Shown: one piece after another, positions 37,211-46,389 of the stretch
How positions within the stretch are numbered: the first letter of the stretch is position 1
How the letters are laid out: each line of letters starts with the position of its first letter
Program-made: the position numbers and the translations under genes
Notes under the pieces: model-generated
The model's input: the letters and a program-made list of their open reading frames with translations, nothing else
What the model was told of the DNA's origin: nothing
The model's database searches: none
Virus record (IMG/VR): IMGVR_UViG_3300043410_001471
Coordinates: 124,001-188,000 of that record
DNA length: 64,000 bases
Direction: 5' to 3' (one strand)

Positions 37211-39520
37211 ATGGGATTTCCGTATTTAGCGCCTCTTAAAGGTTGGGTGGTGGATGTACTAAAAGATAGAGAAGCATCTTATTCGGTTGGTGGTGATACC
37301 AATCCAATCAATAATCACTTAAAAATGCCTTGGGCAACATTAGTATCTGCTGCAAAAGTAACGCAAGTTAATGGTTTGAAGAAATTAGATGCAAAGGCTA
37401 GAGGTGAGGAATTGCAAAAAATAGTTTCTAGTAATTCATCCAATAGTAAAGATTTTTTTGGATGTATAATTAGAAATGATATAAATTCTACCGATTTATC
37501 ATATCAACAAACTGAAACAATAGTTGGTATAGATTTCAAAGGTGACCCAATCAAAGTAGTTGGAGAAAAAAATAAAAGAGTATCTACACCAATAATAGAA
37601 TCAATCGAAGTTGATACTGATGGTGCAAATAATACATTAAAAACAGCCAGAGTAAATGTTAAATGTTTTTCATTAAAACAATTTGAAATGTTTGAATTGT
37701 TTTTTTGTAAACCTGGCATGAATGTGTTGGTAGAATATGGTGATAATACTTTGGATGTGTATAGAGGTAATAAAAAGCCAAAAGATGCATATTCCAATTC
37801 AGCATATGTTTCGGGTCAATTATTTGATAAAACGAATTACAACGATTTTATAGAAAAATTTTCGGATTATTATAGATTTAATACCGCATCATTAAAAGTA
37901 TTTCAAAAGCATGTTGAAAAAGCATTGGGTTCATACGATTTGGTTGCTGGAAAAGTGACAGATTACTCATTTTCAATTGCGGAAGATGGTACATATAATG
38001 TTATGGTAGAAGTATCTCAAGGTAATCAAATGTCTTTAGCTATACCAATCAATATAGGTAATGAAAAATCAAAATTAGCTACTCAATCCGAAAAATCTAC
38101 ATTACAATGGGAACAATGGGTATCCCAATTGGTAGCAGATTTAAATATGGAAGCTGATAAATTCAAATCGAATGTTTCCAAAGAAGAAATAGAAAAGGAA
38201 TTTTTTAACTGGGGTAAGGTAAATGTTAAAAAGGAAGATGAAGTAGCATCAAATAATTCATATGTTAGTTTACGATTTATTTTAAAAAAATTAATGAATT
38301 ATTCATTGGATGAAAAGACGGGTGCATATAACCCTGATGATTTTCATTTTAGTATTCCAAAATATGATGTGGATGGTTCTCCCAAAGAATACATACCAAT
38401 TCGTTCTCATAAAAATATTATATCCACAAGTGAAGATGTAATTTTTCCAAACAAAGAAATGGTTAAATTCAGAGCACCGATAAAAGGGGATAAAGAGCAA
38501 GATAGTATTCAGATATCAAAAGATACCATAGATGGTTCTATAAATGGATATTCTATCAATGAAGGTAAAAGTGTAAAAAGTCCATTTGGTGGAATAATAA
38601 ATCCTAAATCCGATAAAGGGGATGTATGTGGAAATGCTTTGAATATTTTTGTAAATTATAAAATAATAGTACAAGCTTGGAAAGCATCATACAGTAGGAA
38701 AGATTTTTTATTGGCAATATTGAATACCATAAATGGCACATCTTTGGGTAAATTTAGACTTACATTGAATTCATATGTGGAAGGTTCAACTGCCACTGTT
38801 ATGGATTACACATCTATGCATGATACTAAAATAGAGCAGGAGAAAATATATAAATTTAAAATTAATACATTGGAATCGAATGTAAGAAATTTTAGTTTTA
38901 ATTTTGAAATGAGTAATTTAGTAGCAGGTAGAACTGTATTCAATTCTCAAAGGTTTTTAGTAAATGCATTAAAAAAATTGGATAAAAATAAAGAAGTATC
39001 CAATATATCACTACCACCCGAAGTTTATCAGGAATTTGATAATTCATTAATGAGTAATGCAGATGGATTCTTTTCAGTAAATATGATTGAATTAAAAGCA
39101 TTAGAAAAAAATTATAAAGAAGCTGTTGAAAAAAAGAGAGCACCTGGGGAAGATAAAAAGGATGAAGAATCAAATGAAGCTAAAAACTATACCGAAATAG
39201 TTGAACAAAAATCGATTAAATTTAAAAAAACGAAAAATGGTGATATTAAACCATTAATATTTACGGATGTAGATTTAATTAAAAAATATGTTGCTTCACC
39301 GGAAGAGGATAAAAAAAGTATATTGACTCCAATTGATATTACAATTACTATCGATGGTATGAGTGGATTTAGTTGTGGTGAGTATTTTTGTGTGAATGGT
39401 GTGCCTGAAATATACAATCAAATAGGTGTGTTTCAAATTACAAATGTTAAACATAATGTTTCAAACGATGGGTGGACAACCACAATTGAAGCTGGATTTA
39501 GAATAACTCCATTAAATTAA
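37211..39520 (+). CDS. Baseplate hub-like protein
   Basis: PGMNVLVEYG and ITITIDGMSGFSCGEYF...FQITNVKHNVSNDGWTTTIEA motifs, similar to gpD/gp27-type hubs. Confidence 0.6.
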   Translation: MGFPYLAPLKGWVVDVLKDREASYSVGGDTNPINNHLKMPWATLVSAAKVTQVNGLKKLDAKARGEELQKIVSSNSSNSKDFFGCIIRNDINSTDLSYQQTETIVGIDFKGDPIKVVGEKNKRVSTPIIESIEVDTDGANNTLKTARVNVKCFSLKQFEMFELFFCKPGMNVLVEYGDNTLDVYRGNKKPKDAYSNSAYVSGQLFDKTNYNDFIEKFSDYYRFNTASLKVFQKHVEKALGSYDLVAGKVTDYSFSIAEDGTYNVMVEVSQGNQMSLAIPINIGNEKSKLATQSEKSTLQWEQWVSQLVADLNMEADKFKSNVSKEEIEKEFFNWGKVNVKKEDEVASNNSYVSLRFILKKLMNYSLDEKTGAYNPDDFHFSIPKYDVDGSPKEYIPIRSHKNIISTSEDVIFPNKEMVKFRAPIKGDKEQDSIQISKDTIDGSINGYSINEGKSVKSPFGGIINPKSDKGDVCGNALNIFVNYKIIVQAWKASYSRKDFLLAILNTINGTSLGKFRLTLNSYVEGSTATVMDYTSMHDTKIEQEKIYKFKINTLESNVRNFSFNFEMSNLVAGRTVFNSQRFLVNALKKLDKNKEVSNISLPPEVYQEFDNSLMSNADGFFSVNMIELKALEKNYKEAVEKKRAPGEDKKDEESNEAKNYTEIVEQKSIKFKKTKNGDIKPLIFTDVDLIKKYVASPEEDKKSILTPIDITITIDGMSGFSCGEYFCVNGVPEIYNQIGVFQITNVKHNVSNDGWTTTIEAGFRITPLN

Positions 39521-39524
39521 TTTT

Positions 39525-39899
39525 ATGTATAAAGATGTAGCAAATAATTTGAATTTATTTAAAATAGAAATTCCAAAAACAATAGTACCATCACCATCAT
39601 CCGATGATTATGAATTAGGATTTATAAGAAGGTACTTTGCACAAAAAGCAAATGATATTTACGGACACATATATGAAATAGATGAGGAAGTTTATTCGGA
39701 ACTATCCGAATCACCATTTTGGAAAGTAGCTGATATGAAATGGAGAATATCAGGTCCATTGAATGTAGTATACAATGATGATGGTGGATTATATGATATA
39801 GGAGTTAGTTCTTCTAATAACGCATCGATACGATTAGTTGGTAAACAATTGAATAATATAGGATTATATTTACCCAATCTTTTACAATTTTATAAATGA
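39525..39899 (+). CDS. Hypothetical tail-module protein
   Basis: PSPSSDDYELGFIRRYF motif; coupled to the upstream gene. Confidence 0.65.
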   Translation: MYKDVANNLNLFKIEIPKTIVPSPSSDDYELGFIRRYFAQKANDIYGHIYEIDEEVYSELSESPFWKVADMKWRISGPLNVVYNDDGGLYDIGVSSSNNASIRLVGKQLNNIGLYLPNLLQFYK

Positions 39900-39970
39900 T
39901 AAGAATCATTTAAGATTTCTTTCTTTTGGTAAAAAATCTTATATATATTTATATATAAATTAATTAAGTT

Positions 39971-40747
39971 ATGGCACAATACAAACATCTTACAACAGAA
40001 GAACTTCAACAAATGTCATTTGATTGGAGATACAGAGGATTCACTGTTTTGGAATTATTAACCGAAACTGAAGTGGATGAAATCAACGCAGAATTAGATA
40101 GATTACGATTGGAACGCAATGAAAGAGAGCCGGGAAAATGGCAAGAATTCGAACCAATTATGTATCCACATAGAGAATCTGCTTTAATTGAAAAATTATT
40201 CGCACATCCAAAAATTATGGAAGCATGTGAATTCCTAATGGAAGGAAATGTTGTTGGATTACAAACTTGGGGTTATTATAAACCAAAAGGTGAATTAGGA
40301 AGAGACCAACATCAAAATGCATTCTATACTGGTTGTGGACATAACGAAATCATCAACACTGCATTGGCATTGGATAATCACGACCCTGAAAACGGAGCAG
40401 TGTGGAATTATGAAGGTTCACATAGATTACCGGTTTTACCAATTGAAGATAACGAAGAAAGAAAAGCAACAAATACTGATAACTGGAGAAGTGAAAGAGG
40501 TAAAAGTTGTGTAATGCCAGAAGGACATGATTTCCGTAAAGTAGAAGGTTATTTGAAAAAAGGACAAGTTGCATTATTACACTCCCATGTTGTACATGGT
40601 TCAGAACCAAATAGAGACCCAAATAGAATGAGAAGAAATTTCTTAGGTGGGTATTTAAAAGAAGGTGCATATTTTAATCCAGGTAACCAAATGAAACGTG
40701 AACCAATTAATATGTACGAACTTCGTGCAAAACATTGGGGAGAGTAA
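39971..40747 (+). CDS. 2-oxoglutarate/Fe(II) dioxygenase, PhyH family
   Basis: HQN...LALDNHDPENGAVW..GSH...VVHGSEPN...RR; late motif upstream. Confidence 0.85.
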   Translation: MAQYKHLTTEELQQMSFDWRYRGFTVLELLTETEVDEINAELDRLRLERNEREPGKWQEFEPIMYPHRESALIEKLFAHPKIMEACEFLMEGNVVGLQTWGYYKPKGELGRDQHQNAFYTGCGHNEIINTALALDNHDPENGAVWNYEGSHRLPVLPIEDNEERKATNTDNWRSERGKSCVMPEGHDFRKVEGYLKKGQVALLHSHVVHGSEPNRDPNRMRRNFLGGYLKEGAYFNPGNQMKREPINMYELRAKHWGE

Positions 40748-40779
40748 TTTGGATAATTAAAATATTTTTCGTATATTTG
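40748..40779 (+). promoter_or_regulatory. Bacteroidota-type sigmaA promoter
   Basis: TTTG-N20-TATATTTG. Confidence 0.85.
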
Positions 40780-40785
40780 TAGGGT

Positions 40786-42054
40786 ATGAATTTAATAGAA
40801 ACTAAATCTGCCCTACATTTTTTTGTCAAATCAAATCCAACAATCGATTTGATAGTACCAGTATGGAGTTCTCACAAAGCACATCCATTTATGAATCGTA
40901 TATCGTTTATCTATTATAGATTGAACGATAATAGTGATGGTATAATAAACATCAATCACATCGATGCAAAGAAGATTGAAAAGTTTCCAATAGATGGACT
41001 GGTTGGTGAAAATACAATCGTATATGGAAGTAGATATGTAGCAACAAAAGGACTTGATTATGAGTGGGTATACTTTGAACAATATGGTAAACCCTTCATA
41101 TTCAGCGAGTTCGCTGAATCGGTTTATAAGGGGTATAGAATCGATTATAAAGAGTTGAATGATTGTATTCCTCTAATGAAGTGGTATGAGGTGTTAAAAG
41201 CAATGCCTGTACCAAATACGATTACTCAATCATCAATCACATATTCTTCAGCTATCCGAACACTTGGGAGGCTGGAGGGGGCTGGGGTGAAAGTCGAAGA
41301 AGAAAAATTTATTGATAGTTTTAGCCTTTCTAAAGATTACATCAAAAGAGGATTGGTGTTCACACAATACAATCCATATACAACAACGGGTAGACCTTCC
41401 AATAGACACTTAAACATTAACTACTCTGCCTTAAACAAATCGGATGGGAGTAGGGGGTGCTTCGTTAGTAGGAATCCAAAGGGAACTCTCTTACAATTTG
41501 ATTACGAATCTTATCACATACGATTGATTGCCAAATTGGTTGGATATGAATTTCCTAAAGGGGTTACCGCTCACCAACACCTTGCCGACTTATATGGATG
41601 TGATTACGAAACTGCGAAGAAGGTAACCTTTACATATTTGTATGGGGGGTTAGATGATAACGCTCGAAGAATTCCGTTCTTTCAAAAGGTAGAGGGGTAC
41701 ATTAGGGAACTATACCAAAAGTTCGTAATTTCGGGTCGTTTAACGACTCCTCTCTATAAGAGGGAAATCCATTTCTCAAAAATTGAAGGAGCGACTGAAC
41801 AAAAGGTATTCAACTATTTGTTACAGGCGTTAGAAACTGAAGTGAACTATATGAAGATTGAGAAGGTGTTGGATTTACTGAATGGTAAAATGAGTAAAAT
41901 GATTTTGTACACCTACGATGCGTTTCTTATAGATGTTCATCCTGTTGAAAGGGATTGGGTTTTGAGTGAAGTGAAAAGGATTATGGAGGTAGGTGGATTC
42001 CCTGTCAAAGTTGAAGAGGGAAGTAATTATGATAATTTAGTTGGAATAGAATAA
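40786..42054 (+). CDS. Divergent, compact family A DNA polymerase-like protein
   Basis: TTTGRPS, motif A FDYESYHIRLI, motif B AKKVTFTYLYG, NYLLQ, motif C YTYDAFL. Confidence 0.8.
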   Translation: MNLIETKSALHFFVKSNPTIDLIVPVWSSHKAHPFMNRISFIYYRLNDNSDGIININHIDAKKIEKFPIDGLVGENTIVYGSRYVATKGLDYEWVYFEQYGKPFIFSEFAESVYKGYRIDYKELNDCIPLMKWYEVLKAMPVPNTITQSSITYSSAIRTLGRLEGAGVKVEEEKFIDSFSLSKDYIKRGLVFTQYNPYTTTGRPSNRHLNINYSALNKSDGSRGCFVSRNPKGTLLQFDYESYHIRLIAKLVGYEFPKGVTAHQHLADLYGCDYETAKKVTFTYLYGGLDDNARRIPFFQKVEGYIRELYQKFVISGRLTTPLYKREIHFSKIEGATEQKVFNYLLQALETEVNYMKIEKVLDLLNGKMSKMILYTYDAFLIDVHPVERDWVLSEVKRIMEVGGFPVKVEEGSNYDNLVGIE

Positions 42055-42106
42055 AAAATTATATTTATATCATATAATTATATAGGAATAAACACGCAAA
42101 AAAATA

Positions 42107-44170
42107 ATGATTCCAAATTTTAAAGAAATCTTATTAGAATTAAGTTACAGAGTAGAGGGTGGAATACCCGATTTAAACAAAGAATCTCATGTTAATCATT
42201 TAATCGATATTTTAAGAGAGAATGGCATATCAGATGCTGCACAACTTGCACAAAAAGCAAGAGTGTATTTTAGTTTTCTTAATGAAGATGAGGTAGTTAA
42301 AAATAAAAAATCTGGCAATGTATATGTTGTTAAGAAGTTAGACCCGACATATCATACTAAACCAACTCCAGCTGAAATTGCTAAAGCAAAGCAAAAGAAT
42401 GGTGGGGTAATACCAAAGGAAACTCCATCACAACAAAAAGTAGGGAAGCAAAAAGTTGCACCAAAAGCTGATATTGGAGTAAGTAGTGCTGAAAAACGAA
42501 ATGATAAAAAACAACAACCTACATCCAAAGAAGTAGATGTTAATAAAGGAGTAGTTGTTGCCGCTCCAAAGCAAAAATATGGTACTAAGGGTTCTAAAAC
42601 AGTTGACCAAAAAAGAGCAGCAAATAGATTAAAAGCATTACCACCTTCAGGCATTTCAACTGAAAAGGCTATTTCTAACTTTAAAAAAACATATCCGCAA
42701 GGTATTACTACAAAATACGAATACCCAAAAGAATCGGATGCAATGTTAAGGAGTAAATTACCTCCAGCTGGATATGATGCTTTAAAAAGTATTTTAAAAA
42801 TGTCTAAGCAAGGTGATTTCGAACCACCTATTAGTATGATTACCGACCAATATGGCGCAGGTAAAATTTCGGCACAAGCTAATGAATTGGCATTGCAAGC
42901 TGTATATTCATTTCCAAATACACCAAAGGGTATTCAATTAAGAAATCAATTTATCGATTCATTAGTGCAAAACGCTGATGCAATTGAAAAAGCTGGTGGA
43001 ACACCTATTTTAGATAAAACTTGGATTAAAGAATTTTCAGGTGCACATGATGCGTTCATTAAAAATATGAACAGACAATATGGTAACGGAAATTGGGAAG
43101 TTACAGGTATGACTTGGGATGTTAGACAGCAACAAGAGGCATTAGGTGCAAACTATGATGATAAAGGTGATTCAACCGATATCAATGCTCAAGTTAAAAT
43201 AAAAGGACAAATTGAAAATATTGAAATCAGTTGTAAAAAGAATTGGGAGATATTTTTATTAAATGCAGGTTTAGGTGAAGCTAAAAACTGGTTCTATACA
43301 TTGGGGCCTGAAAAAGAGAGTAGAGCTAATGATTTGCAAAATATGAAAGATGCAAAAGACCCTCGTTTTGGTAAAAATGAAGATGCGGAATTAAGAGAGT
43401 ATTCAAAAGCTGCATTATCAAAAGCACCTATTAAAAATAAAGAATTACAAGATGCACAATTACAAAGTGCACAAAGAGGATTTGAATTAATTAGAGAAAT
43501 ACCTAACAAAGATTTCAATAAAGTAATTACCGATTGTACAAGTCGTAAGAAAAACGACCCATTAGCTATGGATAAAAATGAAGCTCAATTAGCTATGAGA
43601 GTTCAGAAGTATTTAAATAGCGTTAAGCAAATGGATATGGAAGATTTTGCAAAAAATATTGGTGGAGGTGCAAAAGATTTCAAAAAAGCAGTAATGGTTT
43701 ATCATAAAATGTTGGGCGTATATTCTGGTAAAACTGATTGGTTAGAATCTCACAAAGAAATAACATATGGATTTATGCAAGAAGCCGCTAAAAAGATGGC
43801 AACTAATAAGGAATTCCAAGGTATGTTATTGAGAAAGTTACAAGAGGCAATTCCTGTAAAAACAATGGTTGAAGGAGTTGAAACAATGCAAATTGATAGT
43901 ATGTATATCACACAAAAACATATGCAAGAAATGTTTGGAACTGATAAGTGGGATAATATCAAAGAATTTTTAAGTATTAAAGTTACAAATGGTGTAGCAT
44001 CATTAACATATTCAGCAAAGGGTAATAATGTAAAACCATTGAAAATAGCTAATATTCAAATGAGAGAAAAAGGAGTTGGATATAATGGGGCTGTTTCTTT
44101 AGAATGTTTACCATCAAAAGAATTTCAGATGGCTTGTAAGGAAATAGACAATAAAATAAATCAAGCATAA
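42107..44170 (+). CDS. Large late protein, probable internal virion protein with PD-(D/E)xK-like core
   Basis: Late motif at 42062; leader MIPNFKEILLE; DSTD...EISCKK. Confidence 0.55.
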   Translation: MIPNFKEILLELSYRVEGGIPDLNKESHVNHLIDILRENGISDAAQLAQKARVYFSFLNEDEVVKNKKSGNVYVVKKLDPTYHTKPTPAEIAKAKQKNGGVIPKETPSQQKVGKQKVAPKADIGVSSAEKRNDKKQQPTSKEVDVNKGVVVAAPKQKYGTKGSKTVDQKRAANRLKALPPSGISTEKAISNFKKTYPQGITTKYEYPKESDAMLRSKLPPAGYDALKSILKMSKQGDFEPPISMITDQYGAGKISAQANELALQAVYSFPNTPKGIQLRNQFIDSLVQNADAIEKAGGTPILDKTWIKEFSGAHDAFIKNMNRQYGNGNWEVTGMTWDVRQQQEALGANYDDKGDSTDINAQVKIKGQIENIEISCKKNWEIFLLNAGLGEAKNWFYTLGPEKESRANDLQNMKDAKDPRFGKNEDAELREYSKAALSKAPIKNKELQDAQLQSAQRGFELIREIPNKDFNKVITDCTSRKKNDPLAMDKNEAQLAMRVQKYLNSVKQMDMEDFAKNIGGGAKDFKKAVMVYHKMLGVYSGKTDWLESHKEITYGFMQEAAKKMATNKEFQGMLLRKLQEAIPVKTMVEGVETMQIDSMYITQKHMQEMFGTDKWDNIKEFLSIKVTNGVASLTYSAKGNNVKPLKIANIQMREKGVGYNGAVSLECLPSKEFQMACKEIDNKINQA

Positions 44171-44577
44171 TGAATACACAATTACTTTGCCTATTTACGA
44201 CAAAGGAAGAGTTAGATAAATCAGTTAGTTTCATACTAACAAACTATACTTTAACAAATCCAAATGTTTTCATTTTGGAAAGCAAAATGAAACCAGAAGA
44301 AGCATTTATCACATTTAATGTTGGTAAAGGTTCTTCAGCGATTACATCCGAATGGAAAACTATATTAGTTCATAGAAAGAAACAATCAAATACAATATAT
44401 ACAATTAACGCTTTGAATGAGGTAGTTAAATCTAAAACAGGTGGTATGTTGGATAATTCCTATATGATTGAATGGGACGAATTCAAAAATTGTATAATTA
44501 CTACATCAAGTATAGGATACAAAAAAATACCTACAAAAGTTTTCAAAAGTTTTAATACGAATGATTTGGAATTCTAA
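44170..44577 (+). CDS. Conserved-type hypothetical phage protein
   Basis: MNTQLLCLFT...TILVHRKKQSNTIYTINALN; coupled start. Confidence 0.7.
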   Translation: MNTQLLCLFTTKEELDKSVSFILTNYTLTNPNVFILESKMKPEEAFITFNVGKGSSAITSEWKTILVHRKKQSNTIYTINALNEVVKSKTGGMLDNSYMIEWDEFKNCIITTSSIGYKKIPTKVFKSFNTNDLEF

Positions 44578-44596
44578 TTTATTTTTCATATATTTG
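44565..44596 (+). promoter_or_regulatory. Bacteroidota-type sigmaA promoter
   Basis: TTTG-N20-TATATTTG. Confidence 0.85.
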
Positions 44597-44600
44597 TAAT

Positions 44601-44942
44601 ATGAAAAAAAATAGATTCAAACCTATCGAAATACAAGCCAACGACCCTTCTGATATTTTCGAAACACATCGAATGGAAATATCGAAATCGATTATTAATG
44701 GTATAGAGTTTGGATTAAGGAATAAGAAGAGAAAGGTAGATTTTGCCCGAGTTATTGTAAAAGGGCTTATTGTAATTACACTATCAATCGATAGTAAGGA
44801 ATTCTTAGATTTATTAGATGAAAATGTACAAATCCTTGTTGATTATGAGGAGTATGAAACATGCGCACTTGCTATGAAACTTAAAAACAAAATAAATAAA
44901 TCAAATGAAAAAGTTACTAAAAAAAATCGAATTTTGGATTGA
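44601..44942 (+). CDS. Hypothetical protein (C-terminal EEYETCA helix)
   Basis: ORF right behind the promoter. Confidence 0.65.
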   Translation: MKKNRFKPIEIQANDPSDIFETHRMEISKSIINGIEFGLRNKKRKVDFARVIVKGLIVITLSIDSKEFLDLLDENVQILVDYEEYETCALAMKLKNKINKSNEKVTKKNRILD

Positions 44943-45030
44943 TATCCATTTAGTGTACTTTCTTTACAATGGTAGGAAGCACAAAGAGTATTATGATTAT
45001 TTAAATAAAAAATGGAATATAAAAAAGTAG
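44905..45030 (+). CDS. Unannotated 41-aa ORF
   Basis: MKKLLKKIEFWIDIHLVYFLYNGRKHKEYYDYLNKKWNIKK*; bridges the gap and overlaps both neighbours. Confidence 0.5.
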   Translation: MKKLLKKIEFWIDIHLVYFLYNGRKHKEYYDYLNKKWNIKK

Positions 45031-45386
45031 TTATGCCAGAAATCAAAGAAGAAACAGCAAGAGAACATTGCGAAAGGGTGTACCCAGAAATGATGGAAGA
45101 ATTCAAAAAGATTCAAGCCGAAATGTATGAAACCTTTTGTAAGAAACAAAGGAATTACGGACCAGGTAACATTTCAGTAGGAACATCATTACAATCCAAA
45201 GAAGATATCAAATTATCACTCACAGGTCTTTGGTTCAGAATCAATGATAAGATTCAAAGATTGAAGCAATTGGTGGTTTTGGGACAGCCTGATGAGGTTG
45301 GTGAATCCATTCAAGATACATATGAAGATTTATCTGTATATGGTATTATTGCTCAATTGGTTCAAAGAGGAAAATGGGCAAAATAA
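45012..45386 (+). CDS. Nucleotide-modification-associated domain 1 (DUF1599) protein
   Basis: FCKKQRNYGPGNI...RINDKIQRL...ESIQDTYEDLSVYGII. Confidence 0.8.
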   Translation: MEYKKVVMPEIKEETAREHCERVYPEMMEEFKKIQAEMYETFCKKQRNYGPGNISVGTSLQSKEDIKLSLTGLWFRINDKIQRLKQLVVLGQPDEVGESIQDTYEDLSVYGIIAQLVQRGKWAK

Positions 45387-45418
45387 TTTGGAAAATTCAA
45401 AAAAACTTCGTATATTTG
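45387..45418 (+). promoter_or_regulatory. Bacteroidota-type sigmaA promoter
   Basis: TTTG-N20-TATATTTG. Confidence 0.85.
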
Positions 45419-45519
45419 TGTAACAAAAGACGAAAAGGTTATATTTAGATATAGGTAAGTATCGATATAAAACCTTAAAACTTAAAACAATTTAATAACT
45501 TTTAAAACTTAAAAAAGCA

Positions 45520-46374
45520 ATGGACATTTCATTAGCACTAAAGAGATTTAGCTCTCTTCAAAACAACACAAAGAAGTCGGATTCAATCTGGAAACCGGCA
45601 AACGGAAAATCTCAAATCCGTTTAGTACCTTACAAATTCAACAAAGACAATCCTTTTATTGAATTGTATTTTCACTACAACATCAATAACAAAACTTATT
45701 TATCTCCAATGTCATTTGGTAGACCTGACCCTATCGTAGAGTTTGCAGAAAAACTTAAACGAACAGGCGATACAGATGATTGGAAAGCAGGTAAGAAAAT
45801 GGAGCCAAAATTAAGAACTTTCGCACCAGTTATCGTAAGAGGTAAAGAAAACGAAGGTGTTAAATTTTGGGGATTTGGTAAGACTGTTTATCAGGACATT
45901 TTAGGTTACATCGCTGACCCGGATTACGGAGATATTACTGACCCAATTACAGGTAGAGATATCGTATTGGAAGTAGTATCAGCTGAAGAATCAAATGCAG
46001 CTTATCCAACAACTACAATTAGAGTTAAACCAGCAACATCAAAAATCTTAGATGATGCAGCTCAGGTTCAACAATTATTAGATTCTCAAAAAGAAATTAC
46101 GGAATTATATTCTGAATTATCTTATGATGAATTAAAAGGTGTATTAGAAAATTGGTTAAATCCAACAGCAAATGCAAACGGCGCAGGTAATCCTGTAAAC
46201 GAAGCATTAGAAGCTCCTAAAGCAGCACCAACACAACCATCGGCTGATATGGGTGGTACACAAGAATTTGGTGATTTACCTTGGGAAACTCCGGCTCCAA
46301 AAGCTGAAGCACCAAAGGTAGCAGCACCAAAAGATGATGTAGCATCAGCATTCGATGATTTATTCAACAACTAA
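45520..46374 (+). CDS. Single-stranded DNA-binding protein (T4 gp32-like)
   Basis: IWKP...QIRLVP...PFIELYFHY...VKFWGFGK...DPITGRD; acidic tail AFDDLFNN. Confidence 0.88.
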   Translation: MDISLALKRFSSLQNNTKKSDSIWKPANGKSQIRLVPYKFNKDNPFIELYFHYNINNKTYLSPMSFGRPDPIVEFAEKLKRTGDTDDWKAGKKMEPKLRTFAPVIVRGKENEGVKFWGFGKTVYQDILGYIADPDYGDITDPITGRDIVLEVVSAEESNAAYPTTTIRVKPATSKILDDAAQVQQLLDSQKEITELYSELSYDELKGVLENWLNPTANANGAGNPVNEALEAPKAAPTQPSADMGGTQEFGDLPWETPAPKAEAPKVAAPKDDVASAFDDLFNN

Positions 46375-46389
46375 AATTAAAAAGTTACA

